A stretch of 64,000 nucleotides of DNA from Tubiluchus corallicola (GCA_030141605.1 JAQGDQ010000651.1:1-64000); one strand, 5' to 3'. Positions 15,001 through 26,910 are shown, counted from the first letter of the stretch. Numbers and translations are program-made. Notes: generated by a model from the letters alone, not told the origin.

Positions 15001-17598
15001 GTACATTTCTTCTGCCCAGATGTTTGAGATTAGTCTGAGTGACTTCTGACTAGATGTTTCTACCTACATGTCTGATATTGCTCTATGTGAGTTCTGACTA
15101 GATGTTTCGGGTTGTTTGTAGATGTTTGGGACTGCTCTAAATGAGTTCTGGTTAGATGTTGTAGTTTTGACTATATATCTCAATAGATGAGAAGAATTGA
15201 ATCTACGTGTCAAATATTTCAGAATTTTCTAAGTGAATTCTTATTAGGAGTTTCAGGATTTCTGTAGATCTCAACAGATTACTGCGATCAAACGTAAATG
15301 CCTTCAGACTTGATGTAGATGCTTTAGGTTGCGTATAGATGGAATCTTACCAAACGGTTGAATATTCCTATCATATGCTTAAGCTTAGGTGTACGTGTCT
15401 TCTAACAAGCTAATTGAGGCATTCTGTGTACTTCCCTGTTCAGATGCTTAACATTGCCTGTAGAAGCCTTCTGCCATGTACTCTTGAAGGGCATTACATT
15501 TCTTCTGCCCAGATGTTTGAGATTAGTCTGAGTGAATTCTGACTAGATGTTTCGGGTTGTTTGTAGAAGTTTGGGCCTGCTGTAAATGAATTCTGGTTAG
15601 ATGCTGTAGTTTTGTCTATATATCTCAATAGATGAGTAGAATTGGATGTGCGTGTCAGATGTTTCAGATTGCTCTAAGTGAGTTCTTATTAGGTGTTTCG
15701 GGATTTCTGTAGATCTCAACAGATTACTGCGATCAAACGTAAATGCCTTCAGACATGATGTCGATGTTTTAGGTTGCGTATAGATGCCATCTTACCAAAC
15801 GGTTAAAACTTCCTACTAGATGCTTGGGTTTGGTCATTGATGTCTTCTAAGAAGCTAATTGAAGCTACCGGTGTATTTTTCTATCAGACGCACATCTCAT
15901 TGCCTAATATTGCCTGTACTGGTCCTCTGGCTAGGTATCTGAGATTTGAAATGGATTTCATCTGTCTACATGCTAGAGATTGCTTTAAGGGCGTTCTGAC
16001 CAGATGTTTGAGATTACTCTGAGTGAGTTCTGACTAGAAGTTTCGGGTGGCTTGTAGAAGTTTGGGCCTGCTCTAAATGAATTCTGGTTAGATGCTGGTA
16101 GTTTTGTCTATATATCTCAATAGCTGAGTAGAATTAAATGTACGTGTCAGATATTTCAGATTGTTCTAAGTGAATTCTTATTAGGAGTTTCAGGATTTGT
16201 GTAGATCTCAACAGATTACTGCGATCAAACGTAAATGCCTTCAGACTTGAAGTAGATGTTTTAGGCTGGCGGGGACTGCTCTAAATGAGTTTTGACTAGA
16301 TGCTGCAGTTCATCTAGATATCTTAATAAATTAATACAATTTGATGTGGATGCCTTCTAACGAGATGTGTGATGTGTTCTCTCATTGTATAACATTGCCT
16401 GTACAGTTCGTCTGGTTAGGTATCTGAGATTCGAAATAGACTTCACCAGTCTAGATGCTAGAGATTACTCTAAGTGCGTTCTGACTAGATGTTTCAGGAT
16501 GCCTGTATATCTTAGATGTATGTGTCTTCTAACAAGCCAATTGAGGCTTTCTGTGTATTTCCCTATTCAGATGCGTAACATTGCCTGTAGAAGTCTTCTG
16601 CCATATACTTTTGATTGGCAGTACATTTCTTCCTCCCAGATGTTTGAGATTACTTTGAGTGAGTTCTGACTGGATGTTTCGGGTTGTTTGTAGATGTTTG
16701 GGACTGCTCTAAATGAGTTCTGGTTAGATGTTGTAGTTTTGTCTATATATCTCAATAGATGAGTAGAATTAAATGTACGTGTCAGATATTTCAGATTGTT
16801 CTAAGTGAATTCTTATTAGGAGTTTCAGGATTTCTGTAGATCTCAACAGATTACAGCGATCAAACGTAAATGCCTTCAGACTTGATGTAGATGCTTTAGG
16901 TTGTGTATAGATGGAATCTTACCAAACGGTTGAATATTCCTACCATATGCTTAAGCTTAGGTGTACGTGTCTTCTAACAAGCTAATTGAGGCATTCTGTG
17001 TACTTCCCTGTTCAGATGCTTAACATTGCCTGTAGAAGCCTTCTGCCATGTACTCTTGAAGGGCATTACATTTCTTCTGCCCAGATGTTTGAGATTAGTC
17101 TGAGTGAATTCTGACTAGATGTTTCGGGTTGTTTTTGTAGATGTTTGTGACTGCTCTAAATGAATTCTGGTTAGATGTTGTAGTTTTGTCTATATATCTC
17201 AATAGACGAGTAGAATTGGATGTACATGTCAGATATTTCAGATTGTCCTAAGTGAATTCTTATTAGGAGTTTCAGGATTTCTGTAGATCTCAACAGATTA
17301 CAGCGATCAAACGTAAATGCCTTCAGACTTGATGTAGATGTTTTAGGTTGCGTATAGATGCCATTTTACCAAACGGTTGTGTCTTTCTACCATATGCTTA
17401 AGTTTAGGTGTACGTGTCTTCTAACAAGCTAATTGAGGCTTTCTGTGTACTTCCCTATTCAGATGCGTAACATTGCCTGTAGACGCCTTCTGCTATGTAC
17501 TCTTGAAGGGCAGTACATTTCTTCTGCCCAGATGTTTGAGATTAGTCTGAGTGAATTCTGATTAGACGTTTTTGCCTACATGTCTGATATTGCTCTAA
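1..17598. repeat. Complex tandem satellite array (about 32 monomers, 4 cassette types, higher-order structure); runs off the left edge
   Basis: Marker GATCAAACGTAAATGCCTTCAGAC recurs about 32 times (167, 731, 1238, 1873 ... 16858, 17304) at spacings clustering near 445, 484-493, 507, 612 and 635 bp. Near-identical short ORFs recur in the ORF track. The array ends abruptly after TGTCTGATATTGCTCTAA at ~17598. Confidence 0.98.
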
Positions 17599-18989
17599 CT
17601 GTCGTGAACATGAGAGGAAATTTTAAAAATTAATTCATAACATGTTATAAAATAAATTATTTTAAGATGTAGCTGTAAAATTTACTGCGCGCGTCAATCG
17701 ATGATACAGTGAGTTTGAAAATACTGAACTGCTGTTGATACCTCGCCTACAAGGGCTAAAACTACCCAGATAGGTTCTTAGCCAGCAGATGCACAGGCCA
17801 AGCTGTCTATAACTTTTCTGACATCCATCCACGAAACAATAGAATGTGTAACTGTTATTTCCAAATTATATGAAGTAGATTAAAGAAATGATGGATTAAA
17901 CTGACTGGACCAATAAAAAAGCAGAGAAAGCCGAATTTATACAGGCCAGCTGCATAACTTGGCTTTAAACAGAAACTTACATTTAGAGTGAAAGGGATGT
18001 TCAGTACAATATTTTGCGAAATTGATTCAGGCTATTGTTGCACATGTAACTTGATATATCTGCGCACCCAATTTCACCTTGATTTGTCATTTCAACGCAC
18101 AAATCTGCTTTTAATATCAATTATTTAGGTCCTAAAAACACAAGAAGATGTCAAGTTTCCTATTTATTCTTGATGAAGCCATGAGCCTGCCAGATTTTGA
18201 TAAAGCTTATCACTGCTGCTATCATGATCACAAGCAATGGCAAAACGGTAGTGAATAAAATACTGCCGTTGCGTTCTCACTGCCAGTGTAGTGAAAATAA
18301 CTGTAAAAGTACAGATCGTTGTGACATTCCCCGAGAGAACGCTGATTTTTGGAAGAACAAAGTTTATTTCATCCATATTGTTTGTAAAATTGACCCTGTG
18401 GCTGTTTTAGCAATAACAACTAAAACGTAATAGTGGAAACACGAATTTTTGTGTTATAGAAAATAATTATTAAAGTGAAAATAACAGCAAGCACCCACTT
18501 GAAGCAAAGACATGGCTTTTATTCAGACACAGCATCTGCAACGTTTCGAAACGCTTTCGAATTATTGCAATAACACTCATAAGTATTTTTGTGCAAACAG
18601 TTAGTATAATTTAACCTACTTACTGAATCTGCCCTGAATACGGCTTGACCTACGGGCCTAAACCATACTTAAATTTCTTTAGAAAATTGTTAAATTGCTT
18701 TAAACTTTGTTTTTTTTAAATTTAAACCATCCAGGCGTTTAAGCATTTTTCTAACTTTACGCCTCTGTTAAATTAAGGAAATAACGTTATGCACTCTTGT
18801 AATCTATTTTGAAGTTGGCGCTATGCATTTTAGAAGTGTTGTGCAGCTCTGTAGGCGTTAAGCACAAGCTTTTACTCTATAAACGACTACATAACTTTCT
18901 GCGTCCAAATCACCAGGCTTCATTTATTAGACGTTAAGCAACATGGAAAAAACTATTTACTTACATTTGTAACCAAAATTTTCTATAAA

Positions 18990-19900
18990 ATTTTTCTATA
19001 TACTCAGTCTAAGAGTTTCCATAAGCATGACGTCAGGGCAATATTCATGTCTTAGCATAGCATTCACCAGGAATGTTAAATGAATGTTTAACATTCTTGA
19101 ACCATTTATGACATGATCGCTGGGCATCATCTTCATAGCTTGTGCCAACGCTGTTATATAATGTCTAGTAACCACGAGCAATATCATTAGCGATATCTTT
19201 TGGATTATCTTTGCCATCAATACTATTACTAACAGTTTTATTACACTGACATAGTTTTTGATTTCTTCCCAGAAACGTCTTGTGTTACATTCAGTAAGTG
19301 CAGTAGCCATATACTGGTTTCATGTTGTAGTTTGGTTCTTGTTAATGTGTCGAATAGCACGACGATATTTGAGACGCGTATTTTTCCTTAGGGTGGCGAT
19401 AACACCCTCTTTTGGTCTGCCATTAGTGCACCAAAACTGATGCTAATAAAGAGCTTGCCATCGGAGATGCTCTACATACTGATTCCAAACAGCTATGCGA
19501 TGGCGGACATCTTTAGTGTTCATCAGTGTTGTTGTTGGTATGACTGTTTGCTGGCTGCCAGACGGGAAGGTATAACGGAACCATAATAACTATTTTTTGT
19601 ATCAATACAATTGCAAGTACTGATATATGTACAACGTACTGCACTGATGCCTACATTGATTAATCTCCGAGAGGTTGTTGTCTAGTAGAGTTCTGTTTTG
19701 GAACTCTTTATTTCAACAGCAGATAATCTATTACAATTCCAGTTAATCGGTGTAATATGCCCGCTTAAGTGCTTTTTCCATATGATCCCGCCATAGGGTC
19801 TTCCAAGGAGTATTTCATCATTGTTCATGCAGCTTGAGCCAGTAAATTCATATTCATCACTACATAAATCTAGTTTTGATAGTTCAGAATTGTGAACCGA
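18990..19900 (-). mobile_element. Decayed non-LTR retrotransposon ORF2 fragment (APE endonuclease plus linker; L2/CR1-group)
   Basis: Minus-strand peptides EILLGRPYGGIIWKK (APE motif), FWCTNGRPKEGVIATLRKNTRLKYRRAIR and NTRRFWEEIK, broken by stops and frameshifts. Confidence 0.75.
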
Positions 19901-20169
19901 TGCTCTTGCAGGATATGTCGGCATATGTCGGCATTTAAGTCTTTAAAACGTATGTATTCTTGAAAATGGATTAACTCAGTGTGTACAAAGTTCTACACGT
20001 AATGATAACATATTGTTTTTACAACAGTTGATTTAAGTGTAACTCAGCTTCAAGTTAAGCCGCCTTTTCTATATCAGATCACAATGCTGTTCATTTTAAA
20101 ATTGGCCGCCGATAAGGCCGTTTATGAAGATAGCGGTTTTGTACATGCTGATTATGGCAGTTTTGCCAA

Positions 20170-20505
20170 TTTTTTGCATAACGTAGATTGGAACTTTGTA
20201 CCCTATCCAACTGTGAATGATCTCTGGAACTATTATATAGCGTAATGAGTGAGGGTATAAAAATCTTTAATTCTATTTCGGAAACCTAAATCAAAGGTCG
20301 TGATCTTGGTATTGTGATTTCTCTATTCTAATTAATTTTCCCTATTCTTTCTATTATAATATGACCTGAAATGGACAAAGCAATGCATTGAGGTAGCTAC
20401 TAAAGCCAGTAGAATTACAAATGTTGTTTAGCATGTTTTCTACAGATGACAAAGACATGTTGTTAAGATTGTTCATAGTTTACATAAGACCTATTGTAGA
20501 GTATA
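20170..20505 (+). mobile_element. Decayed CR1-type LINE ORF2 fragments
   Basis: Reads FLHNVDWNF..VNDLWN, RDLGIVIS, DLKWTKQCIEVATKASR and LFIVYIRPIVEY, which match CR1 ORF2 motifs. Confidence 0.65.
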
Positions 20506-20830
20506 GATAGATCGCAAGCGGCGTTTAGTCCCGCCCACTTGATCACTCAAGTTCTCACAAACACTCACTAGCTGCAAGTTGCTACAGTACATAAACAAGC
20601 GTGAAAAGCATGGAGGATGGGTGAATTTTAAATGGTTTGTCGGCGATTCCGGAAAATTCATCATTGTGCTACAAACCAAACTATAAGAACTTGTCTAGTA
20701 AATCCTTACATAGAGGACTTAATTATTATACGCAAGGATATCTGCACTATATCAAGATTTATCGGGAAGTTTCAAACATAGTTAGAATAAAAGCGCTAGT
20801 TATAATAAAAGTTGCAACAAACTACTAAAA
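20506..20830 (+). mobile_element. Possible DNA-transposon accessory ORF fragment (region preceding a SWIM zinc finger/YqaJ-type domain)
   Basis: ORF 20637-20828 KSLHRGLNYYTQGYLHYIKIY..VRIKA resembles the KSxxxGxxYxxxGYV pattern of transposon-borne SWIM proteins. It is truncated, and the call is motif recall only. Confidence 0.3.
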
Positions 20831-20929
20831 TAGCAAATGTGAAACGGTGTGTTAACTTTGCTTTAGATGTTGTGTTAACCCGATTTCTTTATTACCATGT
20901 ATTTCTAAAGTTCTGGAAAAGGCTATCGC

Positions 20930-21513
20930 TTATTGTTTAAATTTTCTGAGCGCCAGCAACGAGTGGTTATTAATGGGTAAATTTTCAAATTTAAAAAGTA
21001 CCAATGCAGGTGTCCCTCGGGTATTTATTTTAGGTCCAATCCCATTCCGAGTGTTTATAGATGATGTAGTCAGAAATACTAATTGTGACTTAAAACTTTT
21101 TGTTGATGACACTTCATTAATGGATTTCATCGAAGATCCTAACGTAGGTGCTAGAAAAATTAACTCTGATATACAAAAATACAACCATGGGCGCAAACTT
21201 TAAATATGTCATTTAACCGTAAGAAATCTAAAGTCATGTTATTTAGCCGTAAAGTGGAACCACCACCCCAACTTAATCTATACCTAAACAATACCCAATT
21301 ATTCGCAGTAACCTGTCACAAACACTTAGTTGTTTACTTTCAATCTCAAATGGCACGCTCATGTAAATCATGCTGTGGAAAAAGCTAATTCTGCAGGTTT
21401 AACTGATTTATTGGAAAAAAAAACTAAAAAAAGAGCTGCTGGTATTTGTTGTAACTCACTGAAAGGTACTAATACCTATAACCTGTTGTTTGACACTGCA
21501 TTAGATTGATTGT
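20930..21513 (+). mobile_element. CR1-type LINE RT/C-terminal fragment, left part (interrupted by the RTE element)
   Basis: NAGVPRVFILGP (GVPQGSILGP), LKLFVDDTSL (FADD), FNRKKSKVM, HKHL, and KRAAGICCN leading up to the RTE TSD. Confidence 0.8.
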
Positions 21514-24500
21514 TCGGGGTAGATGGGGCTCCTTAGCCTTGGCCGGCAATCCATCTAGGTGAAGGAAAACACTGATCACAAACCTCCACTGCCTTGTGGC
21601 TATACTCTTCATGAGAAAGGCTTCGGGAGTAAACCCCAAGGAAAAATCCGGAGCTTGAGTCCCTATAGGCGGGTCATATTGCATGATTCCGACAACTCCC
21701 GCGACGCCTGAAATACCAGATGTACTGGCTCTGCCTTTCCCATGGATCATACTTCTGGTGTGGAGAGAGTGAGGCTGGCGACCTGGTGCAATCCCTCCCT
21801 CACTTTAAATCAAGTAACGCACAAGTCATGATGACAGGTCACCACAAAAAATTCAAAGTCCTGTGGCGATGGGGGATTAGCGAGCCAGCAAGTGCGGATT
21901 ACACTCAAGCTGCAGTCACGAACCTACACGCTCAGGGCATGTGGTCGCTCTCAACTGACCGAGGCAGCAGCAGAGTTCGGCAGCCCCCTGGGCGACTGAG
22001 CAGCCCTTTCTAGGAACGCTCTGCTCACCCCCGTAGCATGGGGAGCGGACTAGAAAAGGTGTCCCAAACATAGCCTGCCTCAGCACTTTCCTGGTCCAGC
22101 AAAGATACAAAATTGACATAGCTGCCCTCAGCGAAACATGCCTTGCAGAGAAAGGACAACTCTCTGCAGCTGGCGGCGGATACACTTTCTTTTGGAGTGG
22201 TAGACCATCAGGTGAAAAAAGAGAGGCAGGAGTTGGATTTGCAGTTAGAAATGGCCTTGTGAAGAACCTCTTAAAACTTCCAGATGGCATCAGCGTCTGG
22301 CTTATGACTCTCCAACTACCCCTCACGAAAGGGAAGAAAGCTACACTCATAAGTGTATATGCTCCCACCATGACCAACCCAGATGACGTCAAGGACAAGT
22401 TTTACGAAGAGCTAGATGCTACCATCGCAAATGTTCCAACAGCAGGCAAGGTCATACTACTTGGAGATTTCAATGCTAGAGTGGGTACAGATCACTAATC
22501 ACGGGAAGGAGTTATTGGCACACAAGGAGTGGGAAAATGTAACAGCAACGGGATCCTGCTATTACAGGCGTGTGCAACCCATGAACTCATCATCACAAAC
22601 ACTCTATTCCGTCTTCCCAAGCGCAATAAAACAACCTGGATGCATCCCAAATCAAAACATTGGCACTTGATAGACTGCATCACAGTCAGGAAGAAAGATA
22701 AGCAAGACGTGAGGGTGACCAAAGCAATGAGAGGTGCAGAGTGCTGGACAGATCATCATCTTCTCATATCCAAACTCAGCCTACACATCCAACCTAAAAG
22801 ACTACCACAAGGCAAAAAGACCATGAAGAAACTGGATGTTGGGAAACTTCAGAATAAGGTAACTGCTAGCAGCTTCTCCCAAAGGCTTGACAAAAAGATC
22901 TCGGAGTCATCTCAAGACGCCCCCACTGTTGACCAGAAATGGGAGCACTTCAGAAACCTGGTCTACTCAACAGCCCATGAACATCTAGGGGTTGCTACAA
23001 AAAACATCAAGACTGGTTTCATGAAAACGCTCCTGAAATTATCACTTTGATAGCATCCAAACACCGTCTACTTAGAGCACATCAAAATGACTCTACATCA
23101 GAAGCGAAGAGGGCAGCATTCATACATAAACGCAATGAGGTGCAAAGAAAACTTCGTGAAATGCAAGCCGCTCGGCTGTCAAGGAAAGCAGAAGAAATAC
23201 AACACTACGCTGACACCAACAACTCAAAAAAGTTCTATGAAGCCCTCAAGTCCATCTACGGTTCACAACCATCTGGGACTTCATCACTCCTCAACGCAGA
23301 TGGAACAAAGCTGCTAACTGACAAGTCTGACATCCTAGAAAGATGGACAGAATATTTCAACACCGTTCTAAACTGACCATCATCATCCATAAACGCAGAA
23401 GCAATAGACCGACTACCCCAAATGGAATTAAATGAGATCGTCAAAGTCATTGAACAAACCTCCCTTGGCAAAGCACCAGGTGCTGATGGAATACCAGCCA
23501 AAGTCTACAAGACAGGGGGGCAGCAATGCTACAAGAACTTACCGACCTATTCCAGCTGATGTGGGAGGAAAGCAAACTTCCACAAGACCTCCGAGATGCT
23601 ACAGTTGTTCATATTTACAAATATGAGGGAACAGGCAGTCATGTGACAACCACAGAGGCATATCTCTGCTGTCCATAGCGGGTAAGATCCTGGCACGTGT
23701 CCTACTAAATCGACTGTTGTTGCACCTGGAGAAAGACCTTCTCCCAGAGAGCCAGTGTGGCTTTAGAGCAGGCAGAGGAACTGTGGATATGATCTTTGCT
23801 GCAGGACAACTTCAAAAGAAGTGCCAAGAACAGAACGTCAGCCTCTTCACAACATTCATAGACCTCACCAAGGCTTTCGATACTGTCAGTAGGAATGTCC
23901 TCTGGAAGATCATGGAAAAATATGGATACCCAAAGAAGTTTATTGATATTGTGTGGCAGTTTCATGAAGGCATGATGGTCAGAGTCCTAGATGACGGAGA
24001 CATGTCTGAAGCCTTTGAAGTAACAAATGGGGTAAAACAGGGCTGTGTACTCGCTCCAACACTCTTCAGCATGATGTTCTCTGCCATGCTAAATGATGAT
24101 TTTGAAAACATCCAGGATGGCATAAAGATAAAATACAAAACAGAGGGCAGCCTCTTCAACTCCAGGTGGTTGCAAGCTACCACCAAGACCCATGTAATCA
24201 CAGTCAAAGACTTTCTCTTTGCTGATGACTGCGCTCTCAGTGCCACTTCCCAAGAACAAATGCAAAGAGAGATGGACCACTTCGCATCAGCCTGCAAAAA
24301 CTACGGCTTAACAATCTCTAGAAAGAAAACTGAAGTTATGTACCAACCAGCCCCAGACTCCCCACAGGTTCAGCCAAAGATCTTAGTGAATTGTCAAGAA
24401 CTTATCTCTGTTGAGAACTTCACATACCTGGGGAGCACCTTTACCACAGCTGCCAACATCGATACAGAAATCAACAACAGAATTGCGAAGGCTAGTGCTT

Positions 24501-25247
24501 CATTTGGAAGACTCCGCTCCAACGTATGGGACTGTAGAGGCATCAGAACCATCACAAAATTGAAGGTGTATAGAGCTGTCGTCATCACCACTCTCCTGTA
24601 TGCCAGTGAATCCTGGACATTATATAGGAGACACGTATAACAGCTTAACCACTTTCACATGGTCTGTCTGAGGAAAATCCTGCACATCTAGTGGCAAGAC
24701 AATGTGTCAGACACTGAGGTACTTAAAAGAGCTGACCTCCCCAGCATCCATACACTCCTCGTCAAAACACAAGTTCGGTGGGCAGGACATGTGATTCGCA
24801 TGCCAAACAACCGCATGCCAAAGAAGATGCTTCATGGAGAACTTGTGTCCGGAAAAAGAAAGGTTGGACGACCAAAGAAACGCTTCAAAAACAGCCTGAA
24901 GGCCTCACTCAAGGAGCTCAACATGGATATCCGTTCAATGGAAACCCTTGCACAAGATCGCTCAGCATGGCGGAGTGCCATCACCACAGGAGCTAAGACA
25001 GCAGAGGCGAAAAGAATTGAGGAGGCAGAGGAGCAGCGCAGGAGACGCAAGGCAGGTGACACTGCCCAACAACAGGTCAAAACACCCAGCCTCACCTGTG
25101 CCAAATGTCAAAGAAGTTTCCAGGCCAGAACTGGCCTAGTCAGTCACCTTCGAGCTCATCAAAGGAATGACAACCCCCCAAACTGACCCTTTATCGCTGT
25201 CACTATGACCATCTTCGATTCGAAGGACGAACATCATCATCATCATC
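21514..25247 (+). mobile_element. Near full-length RTE-clade LINE with 5' UTR, (CAT)n tail and 11-bp TSD
   Basis: TSD AGATTGATTGT at 21503-21513 and 25248-25258. The 3' hairpin CTTCG-ATT-CGAAG is followed by (CAT)5. A single APE-RT ORF has RTE-typical motifs. Confidence 0.95.
22100..25186 (+). pseudogene. RTE APE-endonuclease/reverse transcriptase ORF, disabled by stops, frameshifts and small deletions
   Basis: IDIAALSET, YAPT, LLGDFNARVG, WTDH (APE); ESQCGFR, FIDLTKAFD, GVKQGCVLAP, LFADD (RT); C-terminal C2H2 finger CAKC..HLRAH. It is split over several ORF-track entries. Confidence 0.93.
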
Positions 25248-25258
25248 AGATTGATTGT

Positions 25259-25340
25259 ATAAAAGACGCACGTTTCAGAACTAAAAGGTTCTATAAAATT
25301 GTTAACTCCATCATACTTGTTTGAATTATTATCACCTGTT
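25259..25340 (+). mobile_element. CR1-type LINE C-terminal fragment, right part (continues across the RTE TSD)
   Basis: Removing the RTE gives ...LLFDTALD*LYKRR...FYKIVN..PSYLFELL, matching the CR1 LxxRR...FYKIxNxxxPxYL tail. Confidence 0.65.
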
Positions 25341-26359
25341 AACCGCAATATTGTTACGGGGGCGAAATGCCATTTATTTTCGACCCACCTCTTTACATTG
25401 CAAGCTTGACGCACGTACTCGGACATCAACTTTTATGGCATGTTGAAGCACAGAAGTTTCCATGTTGAAGACCACCTGCTGGAAGGAGCCAGCCTTTCGA
25501 GCCTTTTCTTTTATAAATTTCAAAAGTTTAAACTAGAACAGCTGTAAATTTATCAATTTTAAAGTGCTTAAACTAGAACTGCTGTAAATTGATAAATTTC
25601 AAAATTAAAACTTTTCAAATTTTCTGCTCTCTGTAAGCGGTATGCAAACTTTACAATTGAAATTTTCTGATATTTTTAATCTTTAGTAAACTGATATTCG
25701 TAAAATTAATTTTGGTAAGCATTATACAATCTTTGTAAATTTTTTGGCTTCAGCAAAAATTTCGTCGACTGCGTGCTTCATTCTGGTTCGATGACGAATC
25801 GTTTTCTGTAGAAGAGAGCAGAGTTACGGTGGCGAAATGCCATTTACTTTCGACCCTCTCCTCTACATAGTGGTGGTCTCGTTGTAGCCATTGTAGCCAT
25901 GAAGCCATTGTGTAGTAGCGTTGAATACCAGCGTTATGGAATGGCGACGTCTGTTCAGTGGGCTGACGGGCGAATGGGTTTTTCACGTCAGCATCTGTTC
26001 TGTAATGACAACCAGCATGGAGCACAATAGATTGGATATTTGGCGAGCTAATTAATTTTACAATTTCACTTTTACAGCTGCCTTTTTTACGTTTTCTTCA
26101 CAAGTATGCCGTGACATGCGTATCACTACCATCCGCTCAACGTTACAACATATTTAATTATCCACTGCGTTATCAAGACGTCTTTTCATTATATCAAACT
26201 CATAACTATTTTAAATATCTTTTCTGTCATGTGTCTGTGACTGAATGGAACAATTTAACCTGATAACATCCGAGCAGCCCCATCAATCGACAGTTTTGCA
26301 AAAAATATATTCAATATTGTTCTGCCGTTGGGTTCTTGCCGCCAAGGTTGTTGTAATAA

Positions 26360-26492
26360 GTGGGCTAGAGGCCTATCGGAGACCTATCGGTGGGCTAGAG
26401 GCCTATCGGAGACCTATCGGTGTGCTAGAGGCCTATCGGAGACCTATCGGTGGGCTAGAGGCCTATCAGAGACCTATCGGTGGGCTAGAGGC
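26360..26492. repeat. 30-bp minisatellite, about 4.4 copies (GTGGGCTAGAGGCCTATCGGAGACCTATCG)
   Basis: Directly visible tandem copies with single substitutions. Confidence 0.95.
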
Positions 26493-26709
26493 TTTAGTTT
26501 AAAAATGATATTCTGAAACGAATTAGTAAACCCAACTGGAAGACATTCCAGACATGGCCCGACCAGAATTCTTGACTAACTTAGTAATTTTGTAAAATCA
26601 AATTGGAATAAAATATAATCGAAAAAGAACAAATAGCTGGCTAAACACGAAACATAAAAATCAGATTACCCTTGAAGGTTCACCACTCCCTCACATTGAC
26701 ACCCTTTGG

Positions 26710-26893
26710 GAAACAGTTGGGAGACAAGTCCTGGGAGGGCGGGTGCAGGCTTGTCCTGTTTGGTGCTCAGACTCCAGCAACCACTCAACTCAAATGAAAC
26801 AAAATGCGGCATTTATCTTTACAGACTTTGCACAGGTGAAATATTTAATTTGGTCTAATCAGAAGGTAGGATTTTTGAATTATATGTAGGTAA
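26710..26893 (+). repeat. 184-bp direct repeat, copy 1 (copy 2 at 28819-29002)
   Basis: GAAACAGTTGGGAGAC...ATATGTAGGTAA is identical except GCGGCA versus GCGGTA. Confidence 0.95.
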
Positions 26894-26910
26894 TTCAATG
26901 TAGATAATGT

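Noticed and set aside
428-16755. Recurrent 60-94 aa ORFs and periodic LKHL/HLVRIH-like peptides on the satellite minus strand (LRR or zinc-finger array?)
   Set aside because: Stops are frequent in all frames, the subunits (34, 20, 445, 635 bp) are not multiples of three, and there is no C-x2-C spacing. These are satellite by-products.
1-17598. CRISPR-like reading (constant repeat plus variable spacer)
   Set aside because: The constant part is ~230 bp, the variable parts are four recurring cassettes related to the core, no cas genes are present, and the context is eukaryotic.
1-17598. Scattered TTAGG pentamers suggesting a telomeric origin
   Set aside because: They are never tandem, and a few per monomer is plausible by chance in T/G-rich sequence.
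21916-25139. Antisense and alternate-frame ORFs over the RTE element
   Set aside because: They are shadows of the GC-richer RTE ORF with no independent motifs.
26245-26516. Repetitive ORFs (GLEAYRRPIG)n and (WARGLSETYR)n
   Set aside because: Translation of the 30-bp minisatellite; no splice or homology support.
26660-26893. Repeat A as a coding exon (copy A' ends in AG|GTAAGT)
   Set aside because: An open frame and a donor-like site exist, but the peptide is unrecognisable and no partner exons were found.
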